This document shows positions 25,147 through 35,066 of a stretch of 41,633 nucleotides of DNA, in pieces (position 1 is the first letter of the stretch; each line of letters begins with the position of its first letter). Under the pieces are notes generated by a model. The model did no database searches, was not told where the DNA came from, and saw only the letters and a program-made list of their open reading frames with translations. Origin of the DNA: a virus (taxonomy: Duplodnaviria; Caudoviricetes); IMG/VR virus record IMGVR_UViG_3300032269_001699, positions 1 to 41,633 of that record. One strand, given 5' to 3'. The translations under genes and the position numbers were made by a program.

Positions 25147-25214
25147 GTGATGTTACTGTGCCGTTGAGACATTAACACCAAATTTCACTTTAACTTTAAC
25201 CAAGGAGACTTGCC

Positions 25215-26387
25215 ATGACCTTTTCCGATACCGCGCGTTCGCAACTTTACTACCTCAAGGAAGTTACCTGGGGTGTAACACCAGCAGTCGCTATGAATGC
25301 TGTGCGTTTTACAGGTGAAACCCTGAATTTAGGGATTGATACCACGCAATCTAAGGAAATTCGCTCTGACAGGCAAATTACCGATGTTATCCAAACTGAC
25401 GCACAGCCTGAAGGAGATGTTAATTTTGAACTATCTTATAGCGCCTTTGATGATTTCTTCGAGGCGGCGTTTTTCAATACATGGGGTACTACGATAGCTA
25501 TGACAGGCAGTACCTTTGCTGCGGTAAGTGGCTCGCCGGATAGCTTTACAGATTCGGCTAACGGTTTTGTTGCTGCTGGTATACTGGCGGGGCAATGGAT
25601 TAAAGCGGCTGGTTTTACTAACCCTGCCAATAACGGTTTTTTCCAAGTCCTTACTGTAGCCGCAGGCACAATCACAGTTAAAGGTGAAACTGCCCTGGTA
25701 GCTGAATCTGCTGCCGCAGGCCGCACCTTCAAAGGTGCTAATTTACGTAATGGGACAACCCTTAAAAGTTTCTCTATGGAAACATTATTTTCTGATGTGA
25801 CCAAATACAAAAACTTTACCGGGATGCGTGTTTCCAAAATGAGCCTTAAATTAACAGTAAGTGATCTTCTCACTGGCGTACTAAGCTTCATGGGTAAAAC
25901 CTCGAACATTTCTGCTACCACGATTGGTACTGGTGGGCCAGTCGCAGCACCTACTAACAATGTTCTTAATTCCGTCAACAACATAGCCTACGTTCAGGAA
26001 AATAGCCTACCGTATCCCGGTAAAATCCAGGACTTTACTATGGATTTGAATAATAACCTACGCGCACAAAAAGCTGTTGGAACACTTGGCAATGTTGGCA
26101 TAGGAAGCGGCAGGGCTGTAGTAACTGGAAAACTTAGCACCTATTTTGAAGGTAGTGGCACCAGCCTCTATTCAAAATATCTTGCTGGCACAGAAACCTC
26201 TTTAGCTTTGCGATTCACTGATCCTGCTGGCAATGCGTACATTCTTACTTTTCCCCGCGTTAAACTTACTAAGGGCACGTTGGTTGCAGGTGCGGCAGAT
26301 ACCGATGCAATCGAAGAACTGGAATACCAGGCAATCCGCCATACAACTTATGGCTTTACTGTCCAGCTTGACCGATTCCTCCCATAA
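25215..26387 (+). CDS. Major tail tube protein, 390 aa
   Basis: KEVTWGVTP...RFTGETL...SKEIRSDRQ...GDVNFELS...NNNLR...VTGKLSTYF...YILTFPRVK. Confidence 0.88.
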   Translation: MTFSDTARSQLYYLKEVTWGVTPAVAMNAVRFTGETLNLGIDTTQSKEIRSDRQITDVIQTDAQPEGDVNFELSYSAFDDFFEAAFFNTWGTTIAMTGSTFAAVSGSPDSFTDSANGFVAAGILAGQWIKAAGFTNPANNGFFQVLTVAAGTITVKGETALVAESAAAGRTFKGANLRNGTTLKSFSMETLFSDVTKYKNFTGMRVSKMSLKLTVSDLLTGVLSFMGKTSNISATTIGTGGPVAAPTNNVLNSVNNIAYVQENSLPYPGKIQDFTMDLNNNLRAQKAVGTLGNVGIGSGRAVVTGKLSTYFEGSGTSLYSKYLAGTETSLALRFTDPAGNAYILTFPRVKLTKGTLVAGAADTDAIEELEYQAIRHTTYGFTVQLDRFLP

Positions 26388-26438
26388 TTCACAAACTATT
26401 TCTTCCAATTTTAACCCTAACTAAAAGGATATTATACT

Positions 26439-26906
26439 ATGGCTGATTTACGAAAAACTTATGCGACTGATATTGAAAAAGAGCAAGATGGCGTTTGGTC
26501 AGATGACCTTGGCGATGGTTTAAAACTCAAAGTTGCCAGGTTAAAAAACCCCGGGTTCCGTAAGCTCTATCAACGTCTAACAAAACCATATGAGCGGCAA
26601 ATCCGTAACCGCACCCTTGATGATGCTGTTGAAAATAGCATATTAAGCCAGTGCCTTGCTAAAACGGTATTGCTTGATTGGCAAAAGCTGGTGCTGGATG
26701 GGGTAGAGCTAACATACAGCCATGAAAATGCCCTGAAAGTTCTTAGTGACCCAGGACTTAGCGATTTCCGTGACGTCGTGGTTGACCTTGCAAATGATGC
26801 AGAATTATTCCGCAATGAAAACCTTGAGGATGCAGAAAAAAACTTATTGCCTGGGTCAAGTGGCACGTCGAGTGGGGAAGACATCTCAAATTCCTCGAAC
26901 GAATAG
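26439..26906 (+). CDS. Tail assembly chaperone (gpG-like), 155 aa
   Basis: Lies between tail tube and tape measure; TD..KE.DGVW...VLLDW; slippery A AAA AAC at 26837-26843. Confidence 0.85.
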   Translation: MADLRKTYATDIEKEQDGVWSDDLGDGLKLKVARLKNPGFRKLYQRLTKPYERQIRNRTLDDAVENSILSQCLAKTVLLDWQKLVLDGVELTYSHENALKVLSDPGLSDFRDVVVDLANDAELFRNENLEDAEKNLLPGSSGTSSGEDISNSSNE

Positions 26907-27163
26907 AAGAAAAAGAAGGCACAACACCTTCGGCATTATTGCGTGAACCAGAAATATATCCTGACCTAAACGATATAACAGACGCATTTGCCGTACTTTC
27001 TTTCAGCCGCTCCAATGGCTTCAATCTCGGATTTATACCCCTTACTGAAATTGCAGCATATTGCAAAATGTTTGAAGTCGAGGACTTGGAGCGGTTTATA
27101 CGCCTGATCCGGGCAATGGACGTTACTTATATAGAATCTGTTGAAGAACGTAATAAGAAATAG
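26837..27163 (+). CDS. -1 frameshift extension of the tail chaperone (gpGT-like)
   Basis: The -1 frame is open from the heptamer: ...LIAWVKWHVEWGRHL...LLREPEIYP...IPLTEIAAYC...IRAMDVTY to the stop at 27163. Confidence 0.85.
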   Translation, partial: KKLIAWVKWHVEWGRHLKFLERIEEKEGTTPSALLREPEIYPDLNDITDAFAVLSFSRSNGFNLGFIPLTEIAAYCKMFEVEDLERFIRLIRAMDVTYIESVEERNKK

Positions 27164-27172
27164 GCATTTCAA

Positions 27173-30100
27173 GTGGAAACAAGGCTTGTAGTCACAATTG
27201 ATAGCAGAGGGGCTTTATCAGGTAGTAAAGAAATTACCTCTGCACTTAGCGGCGTGCGTAGTTCTGCACGTAGCATGACAAGTGAAGTGGATAGCAGTTT
27301 TGACCGCTTGAAACAAAACCTGTTTTCATTGCGCGGTGCAATTGCAACCCTGGGCGTGGGTGAATTTGTACGGCGCTCTGTACAATCATTTGCAGAATTT
27401 GAGCAGGTGTTGGTAAATGTCGGTAAAACTTCCGGCATAGCCGGTAATGACCTCACGCAGCTTGGTGATGATATTATTAATATGTCAAAGCGTGTGCCAG
27501 TAGCACGTAATGAATTATTGAGCCTTGCTCAAGTTGCCGGACAGCTAGGTATTGAAGGGAATAGCAATATTCTCAAATTTACCGAAACTATGGCTAAAAT
27601 GGGTCGCTCTACTAACCTTGCAGGTGAAGAAGGCGCAACAGCAATTGCACGTATCCTCAATGTTAGTGGTGAGTCTGTTGATTCAGTAGACAGGCTTGGC
27701 TCTGCGCTGGTTACTCTCGGTAATGCGTCTTCAGCAACCGAAGCAGAAATTGCCCACATGACAGTTGAATTATCAAAAGGCACAGCACAATTCCATGCAT
27801 CGAGTGCCAACCTTGCCGGACTTGGCACAACATTAAAAGAATTTGGACAACAGGCAGAGCTTGCCCGTTCATCAATATTGCGTACATTCCTTGCCTTAAA
27901 AAGTGCAACGGATGATGGTGGCCAGCAGCTTCAATTTTTAGGAGCTATAACCGGGCAAACCGGGGAGCAATTCAAAAAGACATTCCAAGAAGATGCCTTC
28001 GGTGCTTTCTTGCAGTTTATTAAAGGATTACGTAGTGTTATTGACCAAGGTGGCAGCGCGGAACGAACTCTTGAGGTTTTAAGGCTTAACGGCACAGAAG
28101 TAAATGCAGTATTACCTTTACTTGCTGTAAACTTTGACCGTTTAAGTGAACGCATAGGCCAATCAAATCAAGCATATAAAGAAAATACCGCACTTAATAT
28201 TGTTGCTGGCAAGGCTTTTAATACCTTTTCCAGCTATATGATTATTGTAAAAAATAATATTGCGGATGCCGCGCGTATTATTGGTGAATATCTTGCGCCA
28301 GCTTTAAGCACTTTGGGAGCTAAACTTGTAGCCCTCACAAATAGCCAGGGTATAGTGACTTTTGCCAAGGCACTTGGCGGGGCATTTCAGGTGCTTGCCA
28401 ATAATATTGAGTTAGTAAAACTTGCCCTTGAGGTATTGGTACTCGGTAAAATCATCCGGCTATTTACAGACCTTGGCATTGCTGTTTTTGCAACCGCAAA
28501 TATGTTGCGGATTGGCGCGACTGCTGCAATAGCGCAAGCTGCTGGCCTTACTGCTGCTGCCGCAGCCGCTAATCTTTATGCGGTTGGTACGACTGCTGTT
28601 ACCATATCCACCCGCAATGTCGGGATTACCACCAAACTTGCGGCAACCGGAATGTTTTTACTCGATACCGCCCTTAGTTTGGTGGGTATAAAACTATCTA
28701 CACTAAGCAAGGGTTTTGGCTATATCTCTGAATCAATCTCCGGCGGTGGCCTGGCTCGTGCCGGAAGCAGTTTACTTGCGTTTATCGCGCCGCTTACAGA
28801 TGTTGGCCTCTATTCTTCTTTAGCAAGCACTGCCGTTGGCGCATTAACAGCGGCCTTTGGTTTTCTCATATCACCAATAGGTATTGTGGTTGCTGCTATT
28901 GCAGGACTGATTGCATTGTTTGTAACTTTCCACGATAAGGTAGTAGATATTGGCGACCTCCATGCTTCCGTTGGAAATATATTACAAGCCACATGGAATG
29001 TTACCAGCCAGCGTATCAGCGATGCCGTTAGTAATGCCGTATCAGATATTATTGCATATTTTACTACATTGCTTGAGCCGGTACGAAAAGTATTTAACGA
29101 TATCTATAATTTCTCCAGCCAGATTTTCAGTGATATTTCTGATTATATCGGCGGTGTGGTTGATAAAATCACCGCGCAGTTCCGACAGTTTTCAGATGCG
29201 GTTAATGGAATATTTACCAGCATAAAAGATAAAATCGTCAATATTTTCAGTGGTGCAACTGGTTATGCTAAAGGCTTTATTAATGATGTTTCAAAAGAAG
29301 CCAACCGCTTACAGACAGCAGATGATGCTGCTAAAAATACCGGAGTCAAACTATCAAACGAAGTCTTTGGACCACCTGCACCTGATTTTAAACGTGGCAA
29401 AGATACCAGCGTTAGCTTGAATGATGTACAGGGCTATATTGGTAATGGAGGGCGTGGCGGTGCTGGTGGCTCTGGGGGTAAAACTCTTGAAGAAAGATTA
29501 AAAGGAATTTCCGATGTTTCAAAATTAAAAGCCCAGGAAGCCGGACTTGGCGAACTTGGCAAGCGATTATTGGAAGTGGACAAAGCCGTCCAGACAGCTA
29601 CCGGAGGCCACGAGAAATTAACAGCCGCACAAACAAAACAACTTGCTATTACAAAACAGCAGGTCACAGAAAACTTCCATGCAGAGCAAAACCAGGAACG
29701 AATCAAACAGGCCATTGAAGATACACTAACACCACAGGAAAAATACAATAAAGCTGTCAAAGAACTCACCGACTTACAGCCACAAACCGCCCAAGGCGTA
29801 GAAGCTATCAGGCGTAAAATGGCAGAACTGAAACTTGAACTTCAGCAGCAAGACCCGGTATGGAAAGAAAACATCCGCCTTACACAAGAGTTCAATAGCC
29901 AATTTGAAAGCACCTTCAAGCGTGGCCTGAATAGCGTCTTTAAAAATGGCAAGTCTGGCTTCAAAGATATGGTAAGCGGATTTAAAGATTTATATTTCAA
30001 TATGCTTACTGAAATAGCCGCGCGGCCAATAATTAATTTCCTGCTTGGCAAACCTAACGATAGCCCAACCGGACGTAGCGGAGGTATAGTAAGTGATAGT

Positions 30101-31489
30101 TTTGGTGCAATCTTTGGAAATAATGTTGCTGGTGGTGAATCTAAGAATGCTACAACACTTGGTAAAACGGCTGCAACAAGCGGCGCAAGTGGTGGTATCG
30201 GCTCAATTATCAGTAAGGTTGCAGGTGGTATAGGCAATTTCTTTGGCTTTAATAATGTTTCTCCTGATTTTGTAGGGCCATTAGCACCAGGGCAAAAAGT
30301 AGAAACTCCTGGCGGTGGTGGATTTTTTAGTAATATTTTTAGTGGCATCGGTTCTTTATTTTCCGGTGGCGGCGCTACTGGCATATCAACAGGTGGTGCA
30401 AGTGGTGGTTTATTCAGTTCATTATTTTCCGGTATTGCCTCAGCTGGTGGTGGCATCGGTTCTTTTTTAGGTAGCGCCGCAAGTGGTATCGGAAGCTTAT
30501 TTGGAGGTGGTAATAATTTGCCAGTTGTTTCTTCAAAAAACCTTATCAAACCAGTATTGCCAGGACAATTACCTGAAAACGGTACTGATGCAAGTGGTGG
30601 CGGTATGTTTAGCGGCTTGCTTGATGGTTTAAAAGGAATATTTGGCGGCGCATCTGGTGGTGGTTTCCTTGGTGGCCTAAGTTCTCTTTTTGGCAGTAGT
30701 GGCGGCAGTGAAGGCTTGCTTGGTGGTTTAAATTCTATCCTCGGCTCTGCCGGAGGTGGCGGCGGTTTCCTTGGCGGTTTTTCATCCCTTCTCGGTGGCT
30801 TATTTGGTGGCGGAGGAGGTGGATTAGGTGGCATGATGGGCGGCGGCGGTGGTGGAAAAGGCGGCGCAAGCAGCATACTCGGCACTATCGGCGGTATTGT
30901 CGGAAATATCTTTATGCCCGGAGTCGGCGGAATGGCAGGAAGCATGGCTGGCAACGCTATTGGCGGTTTCTTTGCCAATGGTGGCTCTGTAGATAAAAGG
31001 ACTCCTATCGTAGTTGGTGAACGTGGGCCTGAATTATTCATTCCACCTGTTAATGGAGAAATAATCTCAAATGAAGTTTTAAAAAAAGCAACAATGTCAC
31101 CCACAAGTAAAATCCGCACTAATATCCTGCCTTTACCTGGCATAATCAAAGCTGATAATGATAATTTTGGCACAAAAGGCTTGCCTGAAAATGTTGTAGC
31201 AGGAGTACACAAAGCCGTATCTGCCAGAAACTTTGCTGGCTTCTTTGCATCCGGCGGATCTGTTGCCGCAGGAAAACCCCTTGTTGGCGGCGAGAAAGGG
31301 ACAGAATTATTTGTACCATCCGCACCTGCCAATACCAGTAGCAAAGATGATACCCAACAAAAAGCTGGTGATACGGTTATTGTTCATTTTAATGTGCATA
31401 CAAATGATGCAACAAGTTTCCGCCGCAGCCAGGGGCAGATAGCATCTGATGCAGCACAGGCGATTCAGAGGGCGAGAAAGAATTTATAG
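27173..31489 (+). CDS. Tape measure protein (TP901-like core), 1438 aa
   Basis: Long Ala/Gly-rich helical protein; AGQLGI...LGNASSATEAEI; C-terminal FANGG...VVGERGPELF and SFRRSQGQIA. Confidence 0.93.
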   Translation: METRLVVTIDSRGALSGSKEITSALSGVRSSARSMTSEVDSSFDRLKQNLFSLRGAIATLGVGEFVRRSVQSFAEFEQVLVNVGKTSGIAGNDLTQLGDDIINMSKRVPVARNELLSLAQVAGQLGIEGNSNILKFTETMAKMGRSTNLAGEEGATAIARILNVSGESVDSVDRLGSALVTLGNASSATEAEIAHMTVELSKGTAQFHASSANLAGLGTTLKEFGQQAELARSSILRTFLALKSATDDGGQQLQFLGAITGQTGEQFKKTFQEDAFGAFLQFIKGLRSVIDQGGSAERTLEVLRLNGTEVNAVLPLLAVNFDRLSERIGQSNQAYKENTALNIVAGKAFNTFSSYMIIVKNNIADAARIIGEYLAPALSTLGAKLVALTNSQGIVTFAKALGGAFQVLANNIELVKLALEVLVLGKIIRLFTDLGIAVFATANMLRIGATAAIAQAAGLTAAAAAANLYAVGTTAVTISTRNVGITTKLAATGMFLLDTALSLVGIKLSTLSKGFGYISESISGGGLARAGSSLLAFIAPLTDVGLYSSLASTAVGALTAAFGFLISPIGIVVAAIAGLIALFVTFHDKVVDIGDLHASVGNILQATWNVTSQRISDAVSNAVSDIIAYFTTLLEPVRKVFNDIYNFSSQIFSDISDYIGGVVDKITAQFRQFSDAVNGIFTSIKDKIVNIFSGATGYAKGFINDVSKEANRLQTADDAAKNTGVKLSNEVFGPPAPDFKRGKDTSVSLNDVQGYIGNGGRGGAGGSGGKTLEERLKGISDVSKLKAQEAGLGELGKRLLEVDKAVQTATGGHEKLTAAQTKQLAITKQQVTENFHAEQNQERIKQAIEDTLTPQEKYNKAVKELTDLQPQTAQGVEAIRRKMAELKLELQQQDPVWKENIRLTQEFNSQFESTFKRGLNSVFKNGKSGFKDMVSGFKDLYFNMLTEIAARPIINFLLGKPNDSPTGRSGGIVSDSFGAIFGNNVAGGESKNATTLGKTAATSGASGGIGSIISKVAGGIGNFFGFNNVSPDFVGPLAPGQKVETPGGGGFFSNIFSGIGSLFSGGGATGISTGGASGGLFSSLFSGIASAGGGIGSFLGSAASGIGSLFGGGNNLPVVSSKNLIKPVLPGQLPENGTDASGGGMFSGLLDGLKGIFGGASGGGFLGGLSSLFGSSGGSEGLLGGLNSILGSAGGGGGFLGGFSSLLGGLFGGGGGGLGGMMGGGGGGKGGASSILGTIGGIVGNIFMPGVGGMAGSMAGNAIGGFFANGGSVDKRTPIVVGERGPELFIPPVNGEIISNEVLKKATMSPTSKIRTNILPLPGIIKADNDNFGTKGLPENVVAGVHKAVSARNFAGFFASGGSVAAGKPLVGGEKGTELFVPSAPANTSSKDDTQQKAGDTVIVHFNVHTNDATSFRRSQGQIASDAAQAIQRARKNL

Positions 31490-31512
31490 AAAAAATAGGA
31501 ATAAATAAAAAA

Positions 31513-32775
31513 CTATTGTCCAACTATAGAGATAATTTTTTCTTTAATTTCCGTCCTATATTTTTTATTTTTTTCTAGGCTATCCATTTGTTCTTTATTC
31601 CATTTTTTAGATACTGAATAATCCATCCAGTGCGAAACGTGACATAAAGCCCCCTGGACTCTATCATCATAATTAAATTGACGTAATACTGTCGGGGGGT
31701 GTGAATAAAAAGGATCAATAACTCTTACTTTCAAGTTTTTATTTAATACCATTGCATTTGATATTCTATCATTAATATGAGAGTCTCCAAAGCCATAACC
31801 AATAATTAATAATTCATCTAATTTATTAAGTACTTCAGTTAATATTTTTAATTTTTCTTCACCTTCTTTTGGATTGGTAGTGGTGCTATATTTTCTTCCA
31901 CCTGTTAGCATAGATTGACAAATTATATCTAGCTCTCCTTTAGAGTTAGTGATTGTTCTCTCTTTGCCACCAGGAGCACGCTGGCCTTTAGTATAATAGG
32001 CCATTTTATCTATTTTCTTAAATTCTTTTATTAGATCGGAAGAGCTAGACTTTAGTAGCGATAGGTTACAAATAATATTTCTGTCTTTATATTCTAATTC
32101 ACTAAGACCCCCATGAAGCTTCACAAGGTTAATCCCAAAACTTTTACTAAAAAACCCTGAATTTTCTAATGTTAAAGTAGACCTATTTAAACATGTAAAA
32201 TGTATTTTATTTTCCATTTCAACATTGCTTATAGGAAATGAGATTTTATAAATATCCCCATATGTGATAGGAATTTGTAAGTCTATGGCAAGACATTCCA
32301 TGTAAAGATCATGATTCAGTGTAAATACCCAGGTTTCTTCTTCTGATAATAAATTGCTAAGACCGGAAAACCATTTTAAATTTTGATTATATATACGTGA
32401 GAAAGATTCGGTTTGGTAAAGAGTGAGTATATAATGAATAATTTCATAGAAAATATAAAATAAATGGTTGTACGAATCTTTATCTGACTGACTCTTATTT
32501 GCATGATTACTAAGACCTTGAAGGCTTGACAAAAACTCTTCATAATTTTTTCCACCGCTTTCTTTATATTTTATGAGAAGTTCTATACCTTCAAATATAG
32601 CTTTTCTATTAATTGGACGATTCTCAGTATATGGTTTGTGTTGTGATACTTGCTCAGCAAATCTTTTTGCCTTATCTTTGGTAAACATTCCAAGAAAAAC
32701 TTCAGTTAATTCATGTGTTAAAGGCATTCCTAAATCATAAGAAAATCCTGCACCTAAAAGCATTCCTCTTTTCAT
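31513..32775 (-). CDS. SIR2-like (SIR2_2) NAD-binding protein, 420 aa; AT-rich insertion
   Basis: LLGAGFS..GMP, FTLNHD, VKLHG, LIIGYGFGDSHIN; opposite strand and visibly more AT-rich than its neighbours. Confidence 0.88.
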   Translation of the reverse strand: MKRGMLLGAGFSYDLGMPLTHELTEVFLGMFTKDKAKRFAEQVSQHKPYTENRPINRKAIFEGIELLIKYKESGGKNYEEFLSSLQGLSNHANKSQSDKDSYNHLFYIFYEIIHYILTLYQTESFSRIYNQNLKWFSGLSNLLSEEETWVFTLNHDLYMECLAIDLQIPITYGDIYKISFPISNVEMENKIHFTCLNRSTLTLENSGFFSKSFGINLVKLHGGLSELEYKDRNIICNLSLLKSSSSDLIKEFKKIDKMAYYTKGQRAPGGKERTITNSKGELDIICQSMLTGGRKYSTTTNPKEGEEKLKILTEVLNKLDELLIIGYGFGDSHINDRISNAMVLNKNLKVRVIDPFYSHPPTVLRQFNYDDRVQGALCHVSHWMDYSVSKKWNKEQMDSLEKNKKYRTEIKEKIISIVGQ

Positions 32776-32949
32776 AATTACTCACTTCAAGTTTTTATAC
32801 TGATTTTTTTTGCATTGCATGCATGATCCTTTTTATCAATTTTAAATACTAATCATTTTTTAAATTCCATGATAACGCATTGAAAACTAAGCCTATTAAA
32901 ATCATAGCTAAATATAACAATTATAAAACAACTAAATTAAGATAATCAC

Positions 32950-33555
32950 ATGCCATCCTTCATAGAAACCCAATTCCCCGCCGACATTTCTTACGGCTCA
33001 AAAGGTGGGCCTGAATTTTCCACCGATATAGTAGAAATGTTTTCCGGCTTTGAGCAACGTAATGTCAACTGGACACAGGCGCGGTGTAAGTATAATGCAG
33101 TGCATGGCATCAAAACACCAGCGCAGCTTACGGAGCTTATAGAGTTTTTCCGCGCCCGGCAAGGCCGCGCAATTGGCTTTCGCTATAAAGATTGGTCGGA
33201 TTACCAGGCAAGCAATCAGCAATTTGGTACTGGCAATGCCGTATTAACAACCTTCCAACTGGTGAAAAAATATACCAACGGTTCTGTTACTGTAAGCCGA
33301 ACTATTACCAAGCCTGTAAATAATGCTGCATTAAAGATTTATCTCAACAGTGTGCAGCAATTTAGCGGGTTTACCGTTAATTACGCTACTGGCGTGGTAA
33401 CTTTTACTTCCGCGCCTGGGAATACTGTCATTGTCTCCGCAGACTTTGAATTTGATGTGCCTGTCCGTTTTGACACCGACCATTTTGACGCAAGCATTGA
33501 TGATTTTGGCACTAGGTCATGGGGTGATATACCACTCGTGGAAATCAGAATATGA
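32950..33555 (+). CDS. Distal tail protein (DUF2460, RcGTA g12-like), 201 aa
   Basis: FP.DISYGSKGGPEFST...SGFEQRN..W...FFRARQGR..GFRYKDW.D...FEFDVPVRFDTD...IPLVEIR. Confidence 0.93.
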   Translation: MPSFIETQFPADISYGSKGGPEFSTDIVEMFSGFEQRNVNWTQARCKYNAVHGIKTPAQLTELIEFFRARQGRAIGFRYKDWSDYQASNQQFGTGNAVLTTFQLVKKYTNGSVTVSRTITKPVNNAALKIYLNSVQQFSGFTVNYATGVVTFTSAPGNTVIVSADFEFDVPVRFDTDHFDASIDDFGTRSWGDIPLVEIRI

Positions 33556-34394
33556 AACCAATAAGCTCACCACTTGACGCGCATCTGCAACAGGAAGTAA
33601 CCACTCTTGCAACTTGCTGGAAAATTACCCGTACCGAGGATGAAATAAAAGCTTTTACTACCCTTGATATTGATCTGGTATTCGATGGAATCACCTACCT
33701 TAGCATTGTTGGTATATCACCAAGTAGCTTAGAAACTAAGGATGATATGTCAGTACAGAATATTGATCTAGCTGGTGTTACATCAGAGGATTATATTTCT
33801 GTTACAGATATTATGGCTGGATTATATGATTTTGCCGAAGTGGAAATATTTAAGGTAAATTATACAGATTTAACACAAGGCCGGATACTGGAACAGCGCG
33901 GCACTATTGGAGAGATTAAGCTACAAAAGCAAATGTTTGTAGTTGAACTTCGTGGTCTCGCACAACAATTACAGCAACATATCGGCGATTTATTCAGCGC
34001 AACTTGCCGCGCTGAATTAGGCGATAGCAAGTGTCAGAAGAACCTTACTGCCTTTACCTTTACTACTTCGGTTACTACTGTTACCAGTAATCTTGTATTT
34101 ATCGCCAATGCCCTCACACAAGCAGCAGGATATTTCACCAGCGGTACAATCACCTGGACTTCCGGCAATAATATTGGGCTTTCGCAAGACATAAAGGAAT
34201 TTGCCACCAAGCAAGTTGTCATGGCGGAGCCTATGCCATTTTCGATTCAAGCCGGGGACACTTTTTCAATTGTCGCCGGATGCGATAAAATCTTTGATAC
34301 CTGCAAAACCAAATTCAACAACGTAATAAATTTCCGCGGTGAGCCGCATGTACCCGGGTTGGATGCTATTATGAAAACGGCAGGAACCCTATAA
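33552..34394 (+). CDS. Baseplate hub (DUF2163/BR0599, RcGTA g13-like), 280 aa
   Basis: TTLATCWKITR...CRAELGDSKC...GCDK...C..KFNNVINFRGEPHVPG. Confidence 0.93.
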   Translation: MKPISSPLDAHLQQEVTTLATCWKITRTEDEIKAFTTLDIDLVFDGITYLSIVGISPSSLETKDDMSVQNIDLAGVTSEDYISVTDIMAGLYDFAEVEIFKVNYTDLTQGRILEQRGTIGEIKLQKQMFVVELRGLAQQLQQHIGDLFSATCRAELGDSKCQKNLTAFTFTTSVTTVTSNLVFIANALTQAAGYFTSGTITWTSGNNIGLSQDIKEFATKQVVMAEPMPFSIQAGDTFSIVAGCDKIFDTCKTKFNNVINFRGEPHVPGLDAIMKTAGTL

Positions 34395-34843
34395 TGCAAA
34401 TCACACCAGAAGAAATCATAGTTCAAGCACGTACCTGGCTTGGCACTCCATTCCACCATCAAGGTAGGGTGAAGCATGTGGGTGTGGATTGCATTGGGCT
34501 GATAGTATGTGTAATTGATGAGCTTGGGCTATCCGACAAAAACGGACAGTGCCTATCAAACTATGATGCTACCGGATACTCCCGCACACCGGACGGATTC
34601 ACTTTAAAAAATAAACTTGATACCCATTTACAGCCTGTTCCCATAGAAGAGATTGCACCGGGGGATATCCTGTTATTCCGTTTTCATAAGAACCCACAGC
34701 ATGTAGCATTTGTAACTGACCGAAATGATGGCGACTTTAGCATTTTGCATTGCTACTCCACTTCTAACTATGTTGTAGAGCATAGGCTTGATGATAAATG
34801 GAAAAAATTGATTGTCGCAGCTTACCGTATTAAATTGACGTAA
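34394..34843 (+). CDS. NlpC/P60 peptidase (RcGTA g14-like), 149 aa
   Basis: ARTWLGTPFHHQGR...GVDCIGL...PGDILLF...HVA...ILHCY. Confidence 0.93.
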   Translation: MQITPEEIIVQARTWLGTPFHHQGRVKHVGVDCIGLIVCVIDELGLSDKNGQCLSNYDATGYSRTPDGFTLKNKLDTHLQPVPIEEIAPGDILLFRFHKNPQHVAFVTDRNDGDFSILHCYSTSNYVVEHRLDDKWKKLIVAAYRIKLT

Positions 34844-35066
34844 GAAATATGATAAGTATTATCAGCCAAAGCTTACAAAAGCTTCCATACGGAAGATAGG
34901 TATTAGATGCTTAATTTCATAAAAAATATTTTTACAAAGCTGAATATATTGTCTGGGAATACCAGGACAAATACAAAATATTCAGAAATAAAGAATATCT
35001 TCCGCAAAGAATAGGTACTCTGTCTTTATCCTATTTCTACATTCATATTCACTAAAATAATAATAT

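Noticed and set aside
29842-31344. 500-aa Pro-rich minus-strand ORF
   Set aside because: Antisense shadow of the Gly-codon-rich tape measure region.
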